64,000 nt of DNA from Escherichia coli (lineage in GTDB: Bacteria > Pseudomonadota > Gammaproteobacteria > Enterobacterales > Enterobacteriaceae), in assembly GCF_030384885.1 (NCBI RefSeq), contig NZ_CP128613.1; one strand, 5' to 3'. Under the pieces are notes generated by a model that made no database searches, was not told the origin of the DNA, and worked only from the letters and a program-made list of their open reading frames with translations. The position numbers and the translations under genes are program-made. Positions 12,774 to 26,102 of the stretch are shown here, one piece after another (the first letter of the stretch is position 1; each line of letters begins with the position of its first letter).

Positions 12774-14501
12774 TTAGCAGATTGTTTTTTCTTCAATGAA
12801 CTTGTTAACCAGCGTCATTAACTCGTCCGTTGTCGGTTGAGCAAGAGCCTGCTCTGCTAACACCTTCGCATCTTCGAAGTTCGTGTTACGGATAATCTTC
12901 TTAATGCGCGGGATAGAAATGGCGCTCATAGAGAATTCGTCCAGACCCATCCCCAGCAACAGAAGTGTAGCACGTTCATCGCCAGCAAGCTCACCACACA
13001 TGCCAGTCCATTTGCCTTCAGCATGAGAAGCATCAATAACTTGCTTGATCAAGTTCAGCACGGACGGTGACATTGGCTGGTAAAGGTGTGAAATCATATC
13101 ATTACCACGGTCAACTGCCAGAGTGTACTGCGTTAAATCATTGGTGCCGATACTAAAGAAATCAACTTCTTTGGCTAAATGACGTGCAATTGTTGCGGCA
13201 GCCGGTGTTTCCACCATTACGCCGATTTCAATTGACTCGTCAAACGCTTTACCTTCGTCGCGCAGTTCCTGTTTGTAGATTTCGATCTCTTTGCGCAGTG
13301 CACGCACTTCTTCAACAGAGATGATCATCGGGAACATGATGCGCAATTTACCGAAAGCAGAGGCACGCAGGATAGCGCGGAGCTGATCGCGCAGGATCTC
13401 TTTACGATCCATCGCGATACGGATAGCGCGCCAGCCGAGGAACGGGTTCTCTTCTTTCGGGAAGTTCATGTATGGCAGCTCTTTGTCGCCGCCGATGTCC
13501 ATGGTACGAACGATAACCGCTTGTGAGCCACACGCTTCAGCTACTGCTTTGTAAGCAGCAAACTGTTCTTCTTCAGTGGGCAGCGCGTCGCGGTCCATGA
13601 ACAGGAACTCAGTACGATAAAGACCAACGCCTTCAGCGCCGTTACGCTCAGCACCTTCAACGTCACGAACCGTACCGATGTTAGCGCACACTTCTACCTG
13701 GTGACCGTCCAGCGTAATAGCTGGCAGATCTTTCAGTTTAGCAAGCTCTGCTTTTTCAGAAGCCACTTGCTCCTGAACAGCGCGCATTTTATCAATAACT
13801 TCGTTGGTTGGATTGACGTAAACCTGATTATTTACGGCATCCAGAATCAGATAGTCGTCATTTTTCACCTGAGAGGTGACGCTACCGGTACCCACGATAG
13901 CAGGCAGTTCCAGAGAACGCGCCATGATAGAGGTGTGGGAAGTACGGCCACCCGCGTCGGTGATGAAACCCAGCACCTTCTTCAGGTTCAGCTGTGCGGT
14001 TTCGGACGGCGTCAGATCAGCGGCAACCAGAATGACTTCATCCTGAATGGCGCTCAGGTCGATAATCTTCAGGCCCAGGATGTTGCGCAGCAGGCGCTTA
14101 CCGATATCACGTACGTCAGCCGCACGTTCTTTCAGGTATTCATCATCCAGCTCTTCCAGGGCAGAAGCCTGACCTTCGATAACTTCATGAGCAGCTGCGT
14201 CAGCTGTCATGTGCTTATCTTTAATCAGGGCTATGATTTCCTGCTCCAGCTCCTCATCTTCGAGTAGCATAATATGCCCTTCAAAGATGGCTTCTTTTTC
14301 TTCACCGAACGTTTCACCAGCTTTCGTTTTGATCGTTTCCAGCTGGGCTGATGCCTTGGCACGACCGCTCAGAAAACGTTCAACTTCCTGATCAACCTGG
14401 TCGGCAGAAATTTTTTTCCGGTCAATGACAATTTCGTCTTCTTTCAGAAGCAGAGCTTTACCGAAAGCGATACCCGGGGATGCTAAAATGCCTGAAATCA
14501 T
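12774..14501 (-). CDS. ptsI: PTS enzyme I (phosphoenolpyruvate-protein phosphotransferase)
   Basis: 575-aa ORF recognised as PtsI; sits between ptsH and crr. Confidence 0.95.
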   Translation of the reverse strand: MISGILASPGIAFGKALLLKEDEIVIDRKKISADQVDQEVERFLSGRAKASAQLETIKTKAGETFGEEKEAIFEGHIMLLEDEELEQEIIALIKDKHMTADAAAHEVIEGQASALEELDDEYLKERAADVRDIGKRLLRNILGLKIIDLSAIQDEVILVAADLTPSETAQLNLKKVLGFITDAGGRTSHTSIMARSLELPAIVGTGSVTSQVKNDDYLILDAVNNQVYVNPTNEVIDKMRAVQEQVASEKAELAKLKDLPAITLDGHQVEVCANIGTVRDVEGAERNGAEGVGLYRTEFLFMDRDALPTEEEQFAAYKAVAEACGSQAVIVRTMDIGGDKELPYMNFPKEENPFLGWRAIRIAMDRKEILRDQLRAILRASAFGKLRIMFPMIISVEEVRALRKEIEIYKQELRDEGKAFDESIEIGVMVETPAAATIARHLAKEVDFFSIGTNDLTQYTLAVDRGNDMISHLYQPMSPSVLNLIKQVIDASHAEGKWTGMCGELAGDERATLLLLGMGLDEFSMSAISIPRIKKIIRNTNFEDAKVLAEQALAQPTTDELMTLVNKFIEEKTIC

Positions 14502-14545
14502 AACCCTACCTTACTTGTGACTGATTTTTAAAAGAACCCGGGAAA

Positions 14546-14803
14546 TTACTCGAGTTCCGCCATCAGTTTAACCAGATGTTCAACCGCTTTCTGTTCGTCT
14601 TCGCCTTCTGCGGAGATAGTCACAACGGTACCTTGAGTCAGGCCCAGAGTCTGCAGTTTAAACAGGCTTTTCGCGCTGGCGCTTTTGCCGTTGGAAGTCA
14701 CAGTAATTTCAGAAGTGAAGCCCTTAGCTTCTTTTACAAACTGGGCAGCAGGGCGGGTGTGCAGACCGTTCGGAGCGGTAATGGTAACTTCTTGCTGGAA
14801 CAT
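14546..14803 (-). CDS. ptsH: PTS phosphocarrier protein HPr
   Basis: 85-aa [25 protein letters not shown]... with active-site His15. Confidence 0.95.
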
Positions 14804-15186
14804 TGTATTTCCCCAACTTATAGGTTTAGTGTTGTGGAACTAAAGTCTAGCCTGGCGGTTCGACTTTAGCCTGTATTGTTAGCGCCAGTTTTTAACAGAC
14901 GCGACGCACGAAGAGCGCAATACAGTCCTTTGCTGGCGGGTGTTGACCGCTGACGTTTCGTACGTCATTAAACATTATGCCGCTAAAGGAAGAATTGAAC
15001 CAAATCATAAAATCGATTCAGCTATGGCTTTTCCTGTAACGATTAATTTCGCGCATCAAAATAATTAGTCTGGTTAAATACCAGTTCCGACAGGCTGAAT
15101 CAATGCCAGGAGGGGCGAAAGTTTGAAGCAGGCCACAAAAAAGCACCTGAAAAGGTGCTTTTTTACGCATTTTTAACAAGCTGGCA

Positions 15187-16158
15187 TTACTGTTGCAATT
15201 CTTTCTCAGTGAAGAGATCGGCAAACAATGCGGTGCTTAAATAACGCTCACCCGATGACGGTAGAATAACCACAATATTCTTGTTGGTAAAGCTTTCATC
15301 TTCTTGTAGTTTCAACGCTGCAGCAACAGCCGCTCCAGAAGAGATACCTGCAAGAATACCTTCCTCTTCCATCAGACGACGCGCGGTAGAAATAGCTTCT
15401 TCATTGGTGATGCCAATGACTTTATCGACCAGTTTGAGATCAAGGTTAGCCGGGATAAAACCAGCGCCAATCCCCTGAATTTTATGCGGGCCAGGTTTAA
15501 TCTCTTCACCTGCCAGCGCCTGGGCGATAACCGGAGAATCGGTTGGCTCCACGGCGACAGAGATGAGATCAGTCTTGCCTTTGGTGCCTTTAATGTAGCG
15601 GCTGACGCCGGTCAGCGTACCGCCAGTCCCAACACCAGCAATAAATACATCAACCTGACCGTCGGTATCTTCCCAGATCTCCGGACCGGTGGTTTTTTCG
15701 TGAATTTCAGGGTTTGCCGGATTGCTGAATTGTTGCAGCAGTAGGTATTTCTCTGGATTGCTGGCGACAATTTCTTCTGCTTTTTGGATTGCGCCTTTCA
15801 TGCCTTTAGCACCTTCGGTCAGCACCAGGTTTGCACCTAACGCTTTCAGCAGCTTGCGGCGTTCAATACTCATGGTTTCTGGCATGGTCAGGGTGAGTTT
15901 GTAACCGCGAGCGGCAGCCACATAGGCCAGTGCAATCCCGGTATTACCGCTGGTTGGTTCAACCAGTTCAACGCCTGGTTTCAGCACGCCGCGCTTTTCG
16001 GCATCCCAAATCATGTTGGCACCGATACGGCACTTAACGCTGAAGCTGGGGTTACGGGATTCCACCTTCGCCAGAATGCGTCCGTTACCGATGCGATTCA
16101 GGCGAACCAGCGGCGTGTGACCGATAGTCAGCGAGTTATCTTCAAAAATCTTACTCAT
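15187..16158 (-). CDS. cysK: Cysteine synthase A (O-acetylserine sulfhydrylase A)
   Basis: 323-aa PLP-dependent ORF recognised as CysK. Confidence 0.95.
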   Translation of the reverse strand: MSKIFEDNSLTIGHTPLVRLNRIGNGRILAKVESRNPSFSVKCRIGANMIWDAEKRGVLKPGVELVEPTSGNTGIALAYVAAARGYKLTLTMPETMSIERRKLLKALGANLVLTEGAKGMKGAIQKAEEIVASNPEKYLLLQQFSNPANPEIHEKTTGPEIWEDTDGQVDVFIAGVGTGGTLTGVSRYIKGTKGKTDLISVAVEPTDSPVIAQALAGEEIKPGPHKIQGIGAGFIPANLDLKLVDKVIGITNEEAISTARRLMEEEGILAGISSGAAVAAALKLQEDESFTNKNIVVILPSSGERYLSTALFADLFTEKELQQ

Positions 16159-16342
16159 GGCCTGTCCTTAACTGTATGAAATTGGGATACAACAGGTAGC
16201 ATACCCGCTCAGAGAATATGCGGAAGTAAGGATTTAGCATATCTATATGCAGAAGGGAAATAATGACATGCAAGATGGAATAAGGGGTGGCATAAGCCAC
16301 CCCTGTTTCACACAAACGGTTTACAAAATAACCGGTAGATTG

Positions 16343-17104
16343 TTACCGCCACATCGCGTGTTTATCGCGATAGCAATCGACCCACATCGCCGTCGCGCCA
16401 CAAACGGCAACGGGCATAATGAACAGATTAAGCAGCGGGATCATCGTAAACAGGCTGGTTAAAGCACCAAACTGCATATTGGTGATTTTGCGTGTGCGCA
16501 GGGCGGTGCGCATCTCTTTAAACGGCACTTTGTGGTTATCGAAGGGGTAATCGCAATACTGGATGGCTAACATCCAGGCGCTAAACAGGAACCACAGTAC
16601 CGGTGCGACGGTTTGCCCAATGCCAGGGATGAAGTAAAGAATTAGCAATACAATTGCGCGCGGCAGATACCAGGCAAATTTTTGCCATTCGCGTTTCATG
16701 ATTCGCGGCACATCTTTCATGATACCGAAAATTCCGGTATCTGGCGGTGTAGCGCCAGTCAGTCTTGCTTCCAGTTGTTCAGCCAATAAACCGTTGAACG
16801 GAGCAGCAATCCAGTTAGCAATCGTTGAGAAGAAATAGCCAAACACTAACAGCACAGAGATGACAGCCAGGGGCCACAACAGATAGCTCAGCCATTGTAA
16901 CCAGTCCGGAACATAACTCATGAGAGTCGGGATCCAGACATCGAGTTGCGTAAAGAGCCACCAGAATGCGCCCCCCATCAACAAAATATTGACCAGCAGC
17001 GGTAAAATAACGAAACGCCGAATCCCAGGTTGCGAGACGAGCTTCCAGCCTTGCGCAAAATAGTAAAAACCGCTGCGTGGGGCAGATGTGAATGATGAAA
17101 CCAT
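16343..17104 (-). CDS. cysZ: Sulfate transporter CysZ
   Basis: 253-aa polytopic membrane ORF recognised as CysZ; divergent from zipA. Confidence 0.9.
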
Positions 17105-17333
17105 AATCAGGATGAGCTCCTTTTGACCAATCCCAGGAAAATTCTGCGTATTTTACCGGGTAATTGCGCAATGGACAGTTAGGATATGTTCGAAAAAACA
17201 GCAAAAAGCACGATTTCATCTATCTTTGTGCTGTGAAAGTTAATAGTGCACTTGCACTTGAGGTAATCGGCAAATACTCTTAGTGAGTAAATGTTTGCCG
17301 TGGTGGCAAGGTGTTAGAACAACAGAGAATATA

Positions 17334-18332
17334 ATGATGCAGGATTTGCGTCTGATATTAATCATTGTTGGCGCGATCGCCATAATCGCTTTACTGGTAC
17401 ATGGTTTCTGGACCAGCCGTAAAGAACGATCTTCTATGTTCCGCGATCGGCCATTAAAACGAATGAAGTCAAAACGTGACGACGATTCTTATGACGAGGA
17501 TGTCGAAGATGATGAGGGCGTTGGTGAGGTTCGTGTTCACCGCGTGAATCATGCCCCGGCTAACGCCCAGGAGCATGAGGCTGCTCGTCCGTCGCCGCAA
17601 CACCAGTACCAACCGCCTTATGCGTCTGCGCAGCCGCGTCAACCGGTCCAGCAGCCGCCTGAAGCGCAGGTACCGCCGCAACATGCTCCGCGTCCAACGC
17701 AGCCGGTGCAGCAACCCGTGCAGCAGCCTGCCTATCAGCCTCAGCCTGAACAGCCGTTGCAGCAGCCAGTTTCGCCACAGGTCGCGTCAGCGCCGCAGCC
17801 AGTGCATTCAGCGCCGCAACCGGCACAACAGGCTTTCCAGCCTGCAGAACCCGTAGCGGCACCACAGCCTGAGCCTGTCGCGGAACCGACTCCAGTTGTG
17901 GATAAGCCGAAGCGCAAAGAAGCAGTGATCATCATGAACGTCGCGGCGCATCACGGTAGCGAGCTAAACGGTGAACTGCTTCTTAACAGCATTCAACAAG
18001 CGGGCTTCATTTTTGGCGATATGAATATTTACCATCGTCATCTTAGCCCGGATGGCAGCGGCCCGGCGTTATTCAGCCTGGCGAATATGGTGAAACCGGG
18101 AACCTTCGATCCTGAAATGAAGGATTTCACTACTCCGGGTGTCACTATCTTTATGCAGGTACCGTCTTACGGTGACGAGCTGCAGAACTTTAAGCTGATG
18201 CTGCAATCTGCGCAGCATATTGCCGATGAAGTGGGCGGTGTAGTGCTTGACGATCAGCGCCGTATGATGACTCCGCAGAAATTGCGCGAGTACCAGGACA
18301 TCATCCGCGAAGTCAAAGACGCCAACGCCTGA
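17334..18332 (+). CDS. zipA: Cell division protein ZipA (FtsZ-interacting)
   Basis: Track ORF trimmed to [18 protein letters not shown]...; N-terminal TM helix, long P/Q-rich linker, C-terminal FtsZ-binding domain; 332 aa here. Confidence 0.9.
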   Translation: MMQDLRLILIIVGAIAIIALLVHGFWTSRKERSSMFRDRPLKRMKSKRDDDSYDEDVEDDEGVGEVRVHRVNHAPANAQEHEAARPSPQHQYQPPYASAQPRQPVQQPPEAQVPPQHAPRPTQPVQQPVQQPAYQPQPEQPLQQPVSPQVASAPQPVHSAPQPAQQAFQPAEPVAAPQPEPVAEPTPVVDKPKRKEAVIIMNVAAHHGSELNGELLLNSIQQAGFIFGDMNIYHRHLSPDGSGPALFSLANMVKPGTFDPEMKDFTTPGVTIFMQVPSYGDELQNFKLMLQSAQHIADEVGGVVLDDQRRMMTPQKLREYQDIIREVKDANA

Positions 18333-18363
18333 TACACTTAAGGCAAATTAACTCCTCTTCGAA

Positions 18364-18385
18364 CCCCCGCTTGTCGGGGGTTTTT
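18364..18385 (+). terminator. Rho-independent terminator-like hairpin after zipA
   Basis: cccccgcttgtcggggg followed by ttttt. Confidence 0.5.
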
Positions 18386-18393
18386 AGCATTGA

Positions 18394-20418
<2,025 letters not shown>

Positions 20419-20419
20419 G

Positions 20420-20638
20420 ATGGAAAAAGAGCAGCTGATTGAAATAGCCAATACGATAATGCCGTTTGGCAAATACAAAGGGCGTCGCTTAATCGACCTG
20501 CCGGAGGAGTATCTTCTGTGGTTTGCCCGCAAAGATGAGTTCCCGGCAGGGAAGCTCGGTGAGCTAATGCAAATCACGCTGCTGATTAAAACCGAGGGGC
20601 TGACGCAACTGGTCCAGCCCCTGAAACGCCCACTTTAA
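20420..20638 (+). CDS. ypeB: Small conserved protein (DUF3820-like)
   Basis: 72-aa ORF MEKEQLIEIANTIMPFGKYKGRRL... starting 2 nt after the ligA stop; track ORF 20327.. is an in-frame upstream extension overlapping ligA. Confidence 0.6.
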   Translation: MEKEQLIEIANTIMPFGKYKGRRLIDLPEEYLLWFARKDEFPAGKLGELMQITLLIKTEGLTQLVQPLKRPL

Positions 20639-21633
20639 GCTTTATCGGCGCTGCTTTCCTGCTGCGCCTGTAACTGTTCGGTCTGGCGTTTGTATCGACG
20701 CGCCAGCACCGCACAGACCATCAATTGGATCTGATGGAAAATCATCAGAGGCAGCACCATCATACCGATCACCGATGTGGGGAACAGAATGTTTGCCATC
20801 GGGATGCCATTTGCCAGACTCTTTTTCGAACCACAAAAGACGATAGTAATTTCATCTGCCTTATTGAAGCCCAGTCGGCGTGCCATAAAGACGTTAACTA
20901 CAATCACGATAGCCAGAAGAACGCAGCTAACCACCACGATAAATAGCAATGATCCCCAGCCAACTTTATGCCAGATGCCGTTAACGACGGCTTCGCTGAA
21001 CGCAGTATAAACCACCAACAGAATGGACGTCTGGTCAGTTTTCGCAATCCATTTTTTATTTCGTGATACCCAGTTGCCAATCCAAGGGCGAGAAAGATGT
21101 CCCAGCACAAATGGCAGCAACAGTTGCAGCATAATTTTACCGACCTGCTCAAGGCTGCCCCCTGCACCGTGAACATTCATCACCAGACCAACCAGCAATG
21201 GTGAAAGGAAAATCCCCAGCAGGCTGGATGCTGACGCAGAACAAACCGCCGCCGCGACGTTACCGCCCGCCATTGACGTGAAGGCGATTGCAGACTGCAC
21301 GGTCGCGGGGAGAATGCACAAGTAGAGAAAACCGGAGTAGAGCATCGGGTCGACATTTACCGGTTTCCACCAGGCAAACAGCACGCCCAAAATTGGGAAC
21401 AGCACGAAGGTGCTGCACATTACCCACAAATGCAGTCGCCAATGACCACCGCCTGCAATAATCGCCTCTCGCGATAACTTCGCGCCGTGCATAAAGAACA
21501 GCAGAGCAATGGCTGCGGTAGTCAGATTTTCAAAGAAGGGAACGAAATCGCCCCTGGCCGGAAAGAAAGAGGCCAGCAACACCACCGTGATCAGGGTTAA
21601 GGTGAAAGGATCGAGGATACGAAAAAGTTTCAT
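20635..21633 (-). CDS. yfeH: Bile acid:sodium symporter (BASS) family membrane transporter
   Basis: 332-aa polytopic membrane ORF; divergent from the LysR regulator yfeR. Confidence 0.75.
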   Translation of the reverse strand: MKLFRILDPFTLTLITVVLLASFFPARGDFVPFFENLTTAAIALLFFMHGAKLSREAIIAGGGHWRLHLWVMCSTFVLFPILGVLFAWWKPVNVDPMLYSGFLYLCILPATVQSAIAFTSMAGGNVAAAVCSASASSLLGIFLSPLLVGLVMNVHGAGGSLEQVGKIMLQLLLPFVLGHLSRPWIGNWVSRNKKWIAKTDQTSILLVVYTAFSEAVVNGIWHKVGWGSLLFIVVVSCVLLAIVIVVNVFMARRLGFNKADEITIVFCGSKKSLANGIPMANILFPTSVIGMMVLPLMIFHQIQLMVCAVLARRYKRQTEQLQAQQESSADKA

Positions 21634-21722
21634 AAAGACTCCAGATGATCGATGGTTCTATTGTGCTTCTTCCAGTTTGAGAAATAAAATTGATTTATTG
21701 CATCCATTCATGAAGAAAAAAG

Positions 21723-22649
21723 ATGAATTATTCTTTAAAGCAATTAAAGGTTTTCGTCACAGTAGCGCAGGAGAAAAGTTTTAGTCGTGCAGGAGAGCGT
21801 ATCGGCCTGAGCCAGTCGGCAGTGAGTCACAGTGTGAAGGAGCTGGAAAATCATACTGGTGTTCGCCTGCTGGACAGAACCACGCGTGAAGTGGTGCTTA
21901 CAGATGCAGGGCAGCAGTTGGCTTTGCGTCTTGAGCGACTGCTGGATGAACTTAACAGCACGTTGCGCGATACCGGGCGTATGGGGCAACAACTGAGCGG
22001 AAAAGTTCGGGTCGCTGCCAGCCAGACCATTTCCGCGCATCTTATTCCGCAATGCATTGCTGAAAGCCATCGCCGCTATCCAGATATTCAGTTTGTCCTG
22101 CACGATCGTCCGCAGCAGTGGGTGATGGAAAGTATTCGCCAGGGAGATGTCGATTTTGGCATCGTCATCGATCCAGGCCCAGTGGGCGATCTGCAATGTG
22201 AAGCGATTCTTTCCGAGCCTTTCTTTCTGCTTTGCCATCGCGATAGCGCTTTGGCCGTGGAAGATTATGTACCCTGGCAAGCATTACAGGGAGCGAAATT
22301 GGTGTTGCAGGATTACGCGTCAGGCAGCCGACCGCTGATTGACGCAGCGCTGGCGCGCAATGGTATTCAGGCGAATATTGTGCAGGAGATTGGTCATCCG
22401 GCGACGCTGTTCCCGATGGTAGCCGCAGGCATCGGCATCAGTATTCTTCCCGCACTGGCGCTACCATTGCCTGAAGGTAGCCCGCTGGTGGTAAAGCGCA
22501 TTACGCCGGTGGTTGAACGCCAGTTGATGCTGGTGCGCAGGAAGAACCGTTCACTTTCCACCGCCGCTGAAGCGTTATGGGACGTAGTACGAGACCAGGG
22601 CAATGCGCTAATGGCTGGGCGGGAAGGGGATCCGTTGTATCAGATATAG
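21723..22649 (+). CDS. yfeR: LysR-family transcriptional regulator
   Basis: 308-aa ORF with N-terminal HTH ([14 protein letters not shown]) and LysR substrate-binding domain. Confidence 0.75.
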
Positions 22650-22687
22650 AGTGAATTCATACTGCCGGGAGCTCCGGCAGTAATCAA

Positions 22688-23452
22688 TCAAAAATTAAAT
22701 TTGATGGAGTAGATTATCGCATCCTGGTAAAAATCTTCGCCCAGTTTGTCATCCGCATAACGATACTGAATCCCTGTGGTGATGTGTGAAGTTGCATTCC
22801 ACCAAAGTGCGACGGCACCATTCAGACCTTCTTTGCCGCCATTACCTGCCGCGTAGGTGGCATCACGATCAAACTCGTACTCGTTCCAGTTGGTGAGGGT
22901 GAATTTCTCACTGCCCAGCATAAAGCTGTAACCTGCAACCCAACCGGCGACATAACCGTTATCGCCGGTATAATAGGTTTGGTCTGTATAGCGTTTTGCA
23001 AAGAACGGTTTGAACCACCAACCGCTGCCGGTGAAATTGTAGCCGATCCCGTAAAGGAACATATCGTCATGGAAATTCACACGATTCGCAGAACCGTAGG
23101 TGCCATACGCATGCAAGTAGAGATTAAATCCGGTGTCACCCAGGTAAATACGGTTGGTATTTTTAAATGTATAACGCTGCTCGCTACCCTGTTTATCATG
23201 ACGATCATTATAAAAGTTTTCCCAGTCGAAGAACCCGTACATTTCTCCCCAACTAAAGTTAGCGCCGCCTTCCAGTTCCAGATATCCAAAATCATCTTTG
23301 TGTGATTTGGTCGACGATTTCTCAGTGGTTCTGCTAGTCCAGTCAAGATAATGAATACCTATATCAGCAAAACCGCCTTTAAATTCTGCATGGGATACTG
23401 CTGGTATCGCCAATACAGAAGAGAGTGTCAGAGTAAAAAGATGTTTTTTCAT
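22688..23452 (-). CDS. yfeN: Outer-membrane beta-barrel protein (Tsx/OmpK-like)
   Basis: 254-aa ORF with signal peptide, aromatic-rich, C-terminal Phe; coordinates taken from track. Confidence 0.65.
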   Translation of the reverse strand: MKKHLFTLTLSSVLAIPAVSHAEFKGGFADIGIHYLDWTSRTTEKSSTKSHKDDFGYLELEGGANFSWGEMYGFFDWENFYNDRHDKQGSEQRYTFKNTNRIYLGDTGFNLYLHAYGTYGSANRVNFHDDMFLYGIGYNFTGSGWWFKPFFAKRYTDQTYYTGDNGYVAGWVAGYSFMLGSEKFTLTNWNEYEFDRDATYAAGNGGKEGLNGAVALWWNATSHITTGIQYRYADDKLGEDFYQDAIIYSIKFNF

Positions 23453-23700
23453 AGCATAATTCCCTATGCCGATCGTTATTAGTTGATTGCTTAATAAAAA
23501 GGTTGATTAAAAGCGGCATATTGTTAATGCAAGGGAAAGGAGAGTACCAATACAGTTTTTTCAGCCTATTAATAGTGAAAAAATATAAATATATCGATAT
23601 CGAATAACTATCGGATACATGAAAAAAGTGTATTGGTATGAGGTAGGGCAATCTCGTTATAAAAAGGCGTTAGATTCCACCCTACAAAAAAAGGATATAT

Positions 23701-24534
23701 ATGTATCAGGCTCAGTTTTCTCATAACCCACTGTATTGCGTAGATATTATCAAGACTTATAAACCTGATTTCACGCCACGAGTGGCCTTTATTTTAGGTT
23801 CCGGGCTGGGCGCGCTGGCCGATCAGATTGAGAACGCGGTCGCAATTTCCTACGAAAAGCTGCCTGGGTTCCCGGTAAGTACCGTACACGGTCATGCGGG
23901 TGAGCTGGTGCTGGGTTATCTCCAGGGGGTGCCAGTGGCGTGCATGAAAGGTCGCGGACATTTCTACGAAGGTCGTGGGATGACCATCATGACGGATGCA
24001 ATCCGTACCTTTAAGTTGCTGGGCTGCGAGTTGCTGTTCTGCACCAATGCGGCTGGCTCACTGCGTCCTGAAGTGGGGGCCGGCAGTCTGGTCGCATTGA
24101 AAGATCACATCAACACCATGCCGGGAACGCCGATGGTGGGTCTTAATGATGAACGTTTTGGTGAGCGCTTCTTCTCGCTGGCGAATGCCTACGATGCGGA
24201 ATACCGCGCACTGTTACAAAAAGTGGCGAAAGAAGAGGGGTTCCCTCTGACGGAGGGCGTGTTCGTCTCGTATCCGGGGCCGAATTTCGAGACTGCGGCG
24301 GAAATTCGCATGATGCAAATTATTGGTGGGGATGTTGTTGGTATGTCTGTGGTGCCTGAGGTTATTTCAGCTCGCCATTGCGAACTTAAAGTCGTTGCGG
24401 TCTCTGCGATTACCAACATGGCGGAAGGTCTGAGTGACGTGAAGCTTTCTCATGCCCAAACGCTGGCAGCAGCGGAACTCTCAAAGCAAAACTTTATTAA
24501 TCTTATTTGCGGCTTTCTGCGCAAAATTGCCTGA
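23701..24534 (+). CDS. xapA: Xanthosine phosphorylase (purine nucleoside phosphorylase II)
   Basis: 277-aa PNP-family ORF recognised as XapA. Confidence 0.9.
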   Translation: MYQAQFSHNPLYCVDIIKTYKPDFTPRVAFILGSGLGALADQIENAVAISYEKLPGFPVSTVHGHAGELVLGYLQGVPVACMKGRGHFYEGRGMTIMTDAIRTFKLLGCELLFCTNAAGSLRPEVGAGSLVALKDHINTMPGTPMVGLNDERFGERFFSLANAYDAEYRALLQKVAKEEGFPLTEGVFVSYPGPNFETAAEIRMMQIIGGDVVGMSVVPEVISARHCELKVVAVSAITNMAEGLSDVKLSHAQTLAAAELSKQNFINLICGFLRKIA

Positions 24535-24594
24535 GTAAAACAACAATAAACGGCCTCACTGAGTGAGGCCATATGATGCGACAAGGAAACGATT

Positions 24595-25851
24595 ATGAGC
24601 ATCGCTTTGCGCTTAAAGGTAATGTCTTTTTTGCAATATTTTATCTGGGGGAGCTGGCTGGTTACCCTCGGTTCTTACATGATTAATACCCTTCATTTCA
24701 CCGGCGCTAATGTTGGCATGGTTTACAGTTCCAAAGGGATCGCCGCGATTATTATGCCTGGTATAATGGGGATCATCGCAGACAAATGGCTGCGTGCAGA
24801 ACGTGCATACATGCTGTGTCACCTGGTGTGTGCAGGCGTACTTTTTTATGCGGCATCCGTAACTGATCCGGATATGATGTTTTGGGTGATGTTAGTCAAT
24901 GCGATGGCGTTTATGCCGACTATTGCGTTATCGAACAGCGTCTCTTATTCCTGTCTTGCCCAGGCAGGGCTTGACCCGGTGACCGCTTTCCCGCCCATTC
25001 GCGTTTTTGGTACGGTGGGGTTCATTGTCGCCATGTGGGCAGTAAGCCTGCTGCATCTGGAATTGAGTAGTCTGCAACTGTATATCGCGTCCGGTGCGTC
25101 ATTGCTGCTGTCGGCTTATGCGCTGACTTTGCCGAAGATTCCGGTTGCGGAGAAAAAAGCGACTACATCGCTTGCCAGCAAGCTGGGTCTGGATGCCTTC
25201 GTGCTGTTTAAAAATCCACGCATGGCTATCTTTTTCCTCTTCGCCATGATGCTGGGTGCGGTGCTGCAAATTACCAACGTTTTTGGCAACCCGTTCCTGC
25301 ATGATTTCGCCCGTAATCCTGAGTTTGCTGATAGCTTCGTGGTGAAATATCCGTCCATTTTACTGTCAGTTTCACAGATGGCTGAAGTCGGTTTCATTCT
25401 GACGATACCGTTCTTTTTGAAGCGTTTCGGTATTAAAACCGTCATGCTGATGAGTATGGTGGCGTGGACGCTGCGCTTTGGCTTCTTTGCCTATGGCGAT
25501 CCATCACCAACCGGGTTTATTTTGCTGTTGCTGTCGATGATTGTTTACGGTTGTGCATTCGATTTCTTCAATATTTCTGGTTCGGTCTTTGTCGAACAGG
25601 AAGTTGATTCCAGCATTCGTGCCAGCGCCCAGGGCCTTTTTATGACGATGGTAAATGGCGTCGGCGCATGGGTTGGCTCGATTCTGAGCGGTATGGCAGT
25701 GGATTACTTCTCGGTGGATGGCGTAAAAGATTGGCATACCATTTGGCTGATGTTTGCAGGGTATGCTCTTTTCCTCGCAGTGATATTTTTCTTTGGGTTT
25801 AAATATAACCATGACCCTGAAAAGATAACGCATCGTTCAGTTACACATTAA
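24595..25851 (+). CDS. xapB: Xanthosine permease (MFS nucleoside:H+ symporter)
   Basis: 418-aa 12-TM ORF downstream of xapA. Confidence 0.9.
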   Translation: MSIALRLKVMSFLQYFIWGSWLVTLGSYMINTLHFTGANVGMVYSSKGIAAIIMPGIMGIIADKWLRAERAYMLCHLVCAGVLFYAASVTDPDMMFWVMLVNAMAFMPTIALSNSVSYSCLAQAGLDPVTAFPPIRVFGTVGFIVAMWAVSLLHLELSSLQLYIASGASLLLSAYALTLPKIPVAEKKATTSLASKLGLDAFVLFKNPRMAIFFLFAMMLGAVLQITNVFGNPFLHDFARNPEFADSFVVKYPSILLSVSQMAEVGFILTIPFFLKRFGIKTVMLMSMVAWTLRFGFFAYGDPSPTGFILLLLSMIVYGCAFDFFNISGSVFVEQEVDSSIRASAQGLFMTMVNGVGAWVGSILSGMAVDYFSVDGVKDWHTIWLMFAGYALFLAVIFFFGFKYNHDPEKITHRSVTH

Positions 25852-25903
25852 AAGGATTCGCAGCTCTGTTCCTTGGGGCTGCTTTTATGATAAAGGTTAA
25901 TTA

Positions 25904-26062
25904 GTGAAAGATATTTTATTTTCTTCTGGCGTTGGTTTTGGCATTGGTGCTTTGTTTACAATCGTGCGATTACCTATTCCTGTTCCAAATGTATTGCCGG
26001 GTATATTATCCATCGTGTTTATGTATGTCGGATATCTGGTGGTGAAATACTTTATGCCATGA
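25904..26062 (+). CDS. Small hydrophobic protein, XapX-like (52 aa, GTG start)
   Basis: My own translation: MKDILFSSGVGFGIGALFTIVRLPIPVPNVLPGILSIVFMYVGYLVVKYFMP*; below the 60-aa cutoff of the track; aagg about 8 nt upstream; I recall a XapX-domain family of small membrane proteins next to xapB. Confidence 0.45.
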   Translation: MKDILFSSGVGFGIGALFTIVRLPIPVPNVLPGILSIVFMYVGYLVVKYFMP

Positions 26063-26102
26063 TAATTTAATACGATGTATTTTTTATATGGAGCACTTAA
26101 TT

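Noticed and set aside
16815-17219. 134-aa minus-strand ORF overlapping the 5' part of cysZ and the cysZ-zipA spacer
   Set aside because: Out of frame with cysZ on the same strand and extends into the divergent promoter region; no support beyond being open.
17469-17935. Cluster of overlapping 60-100-aa ORFs on both strands inside zipA
   Set aside because: Artefact of the repetitive P/Q/A-rich linker, which is low in stop codons in all frames.
22688-23452. 1-nt discrepancy between my manual base count of the yfeN start codon (23449..23451) and the track (23450..23452)
   Set aside because: Most likely a counting slip on my part, since the track frame is self-consistent; I used the track coordinates and flag that hand-derived positions of small features may be off by about 1 nt.
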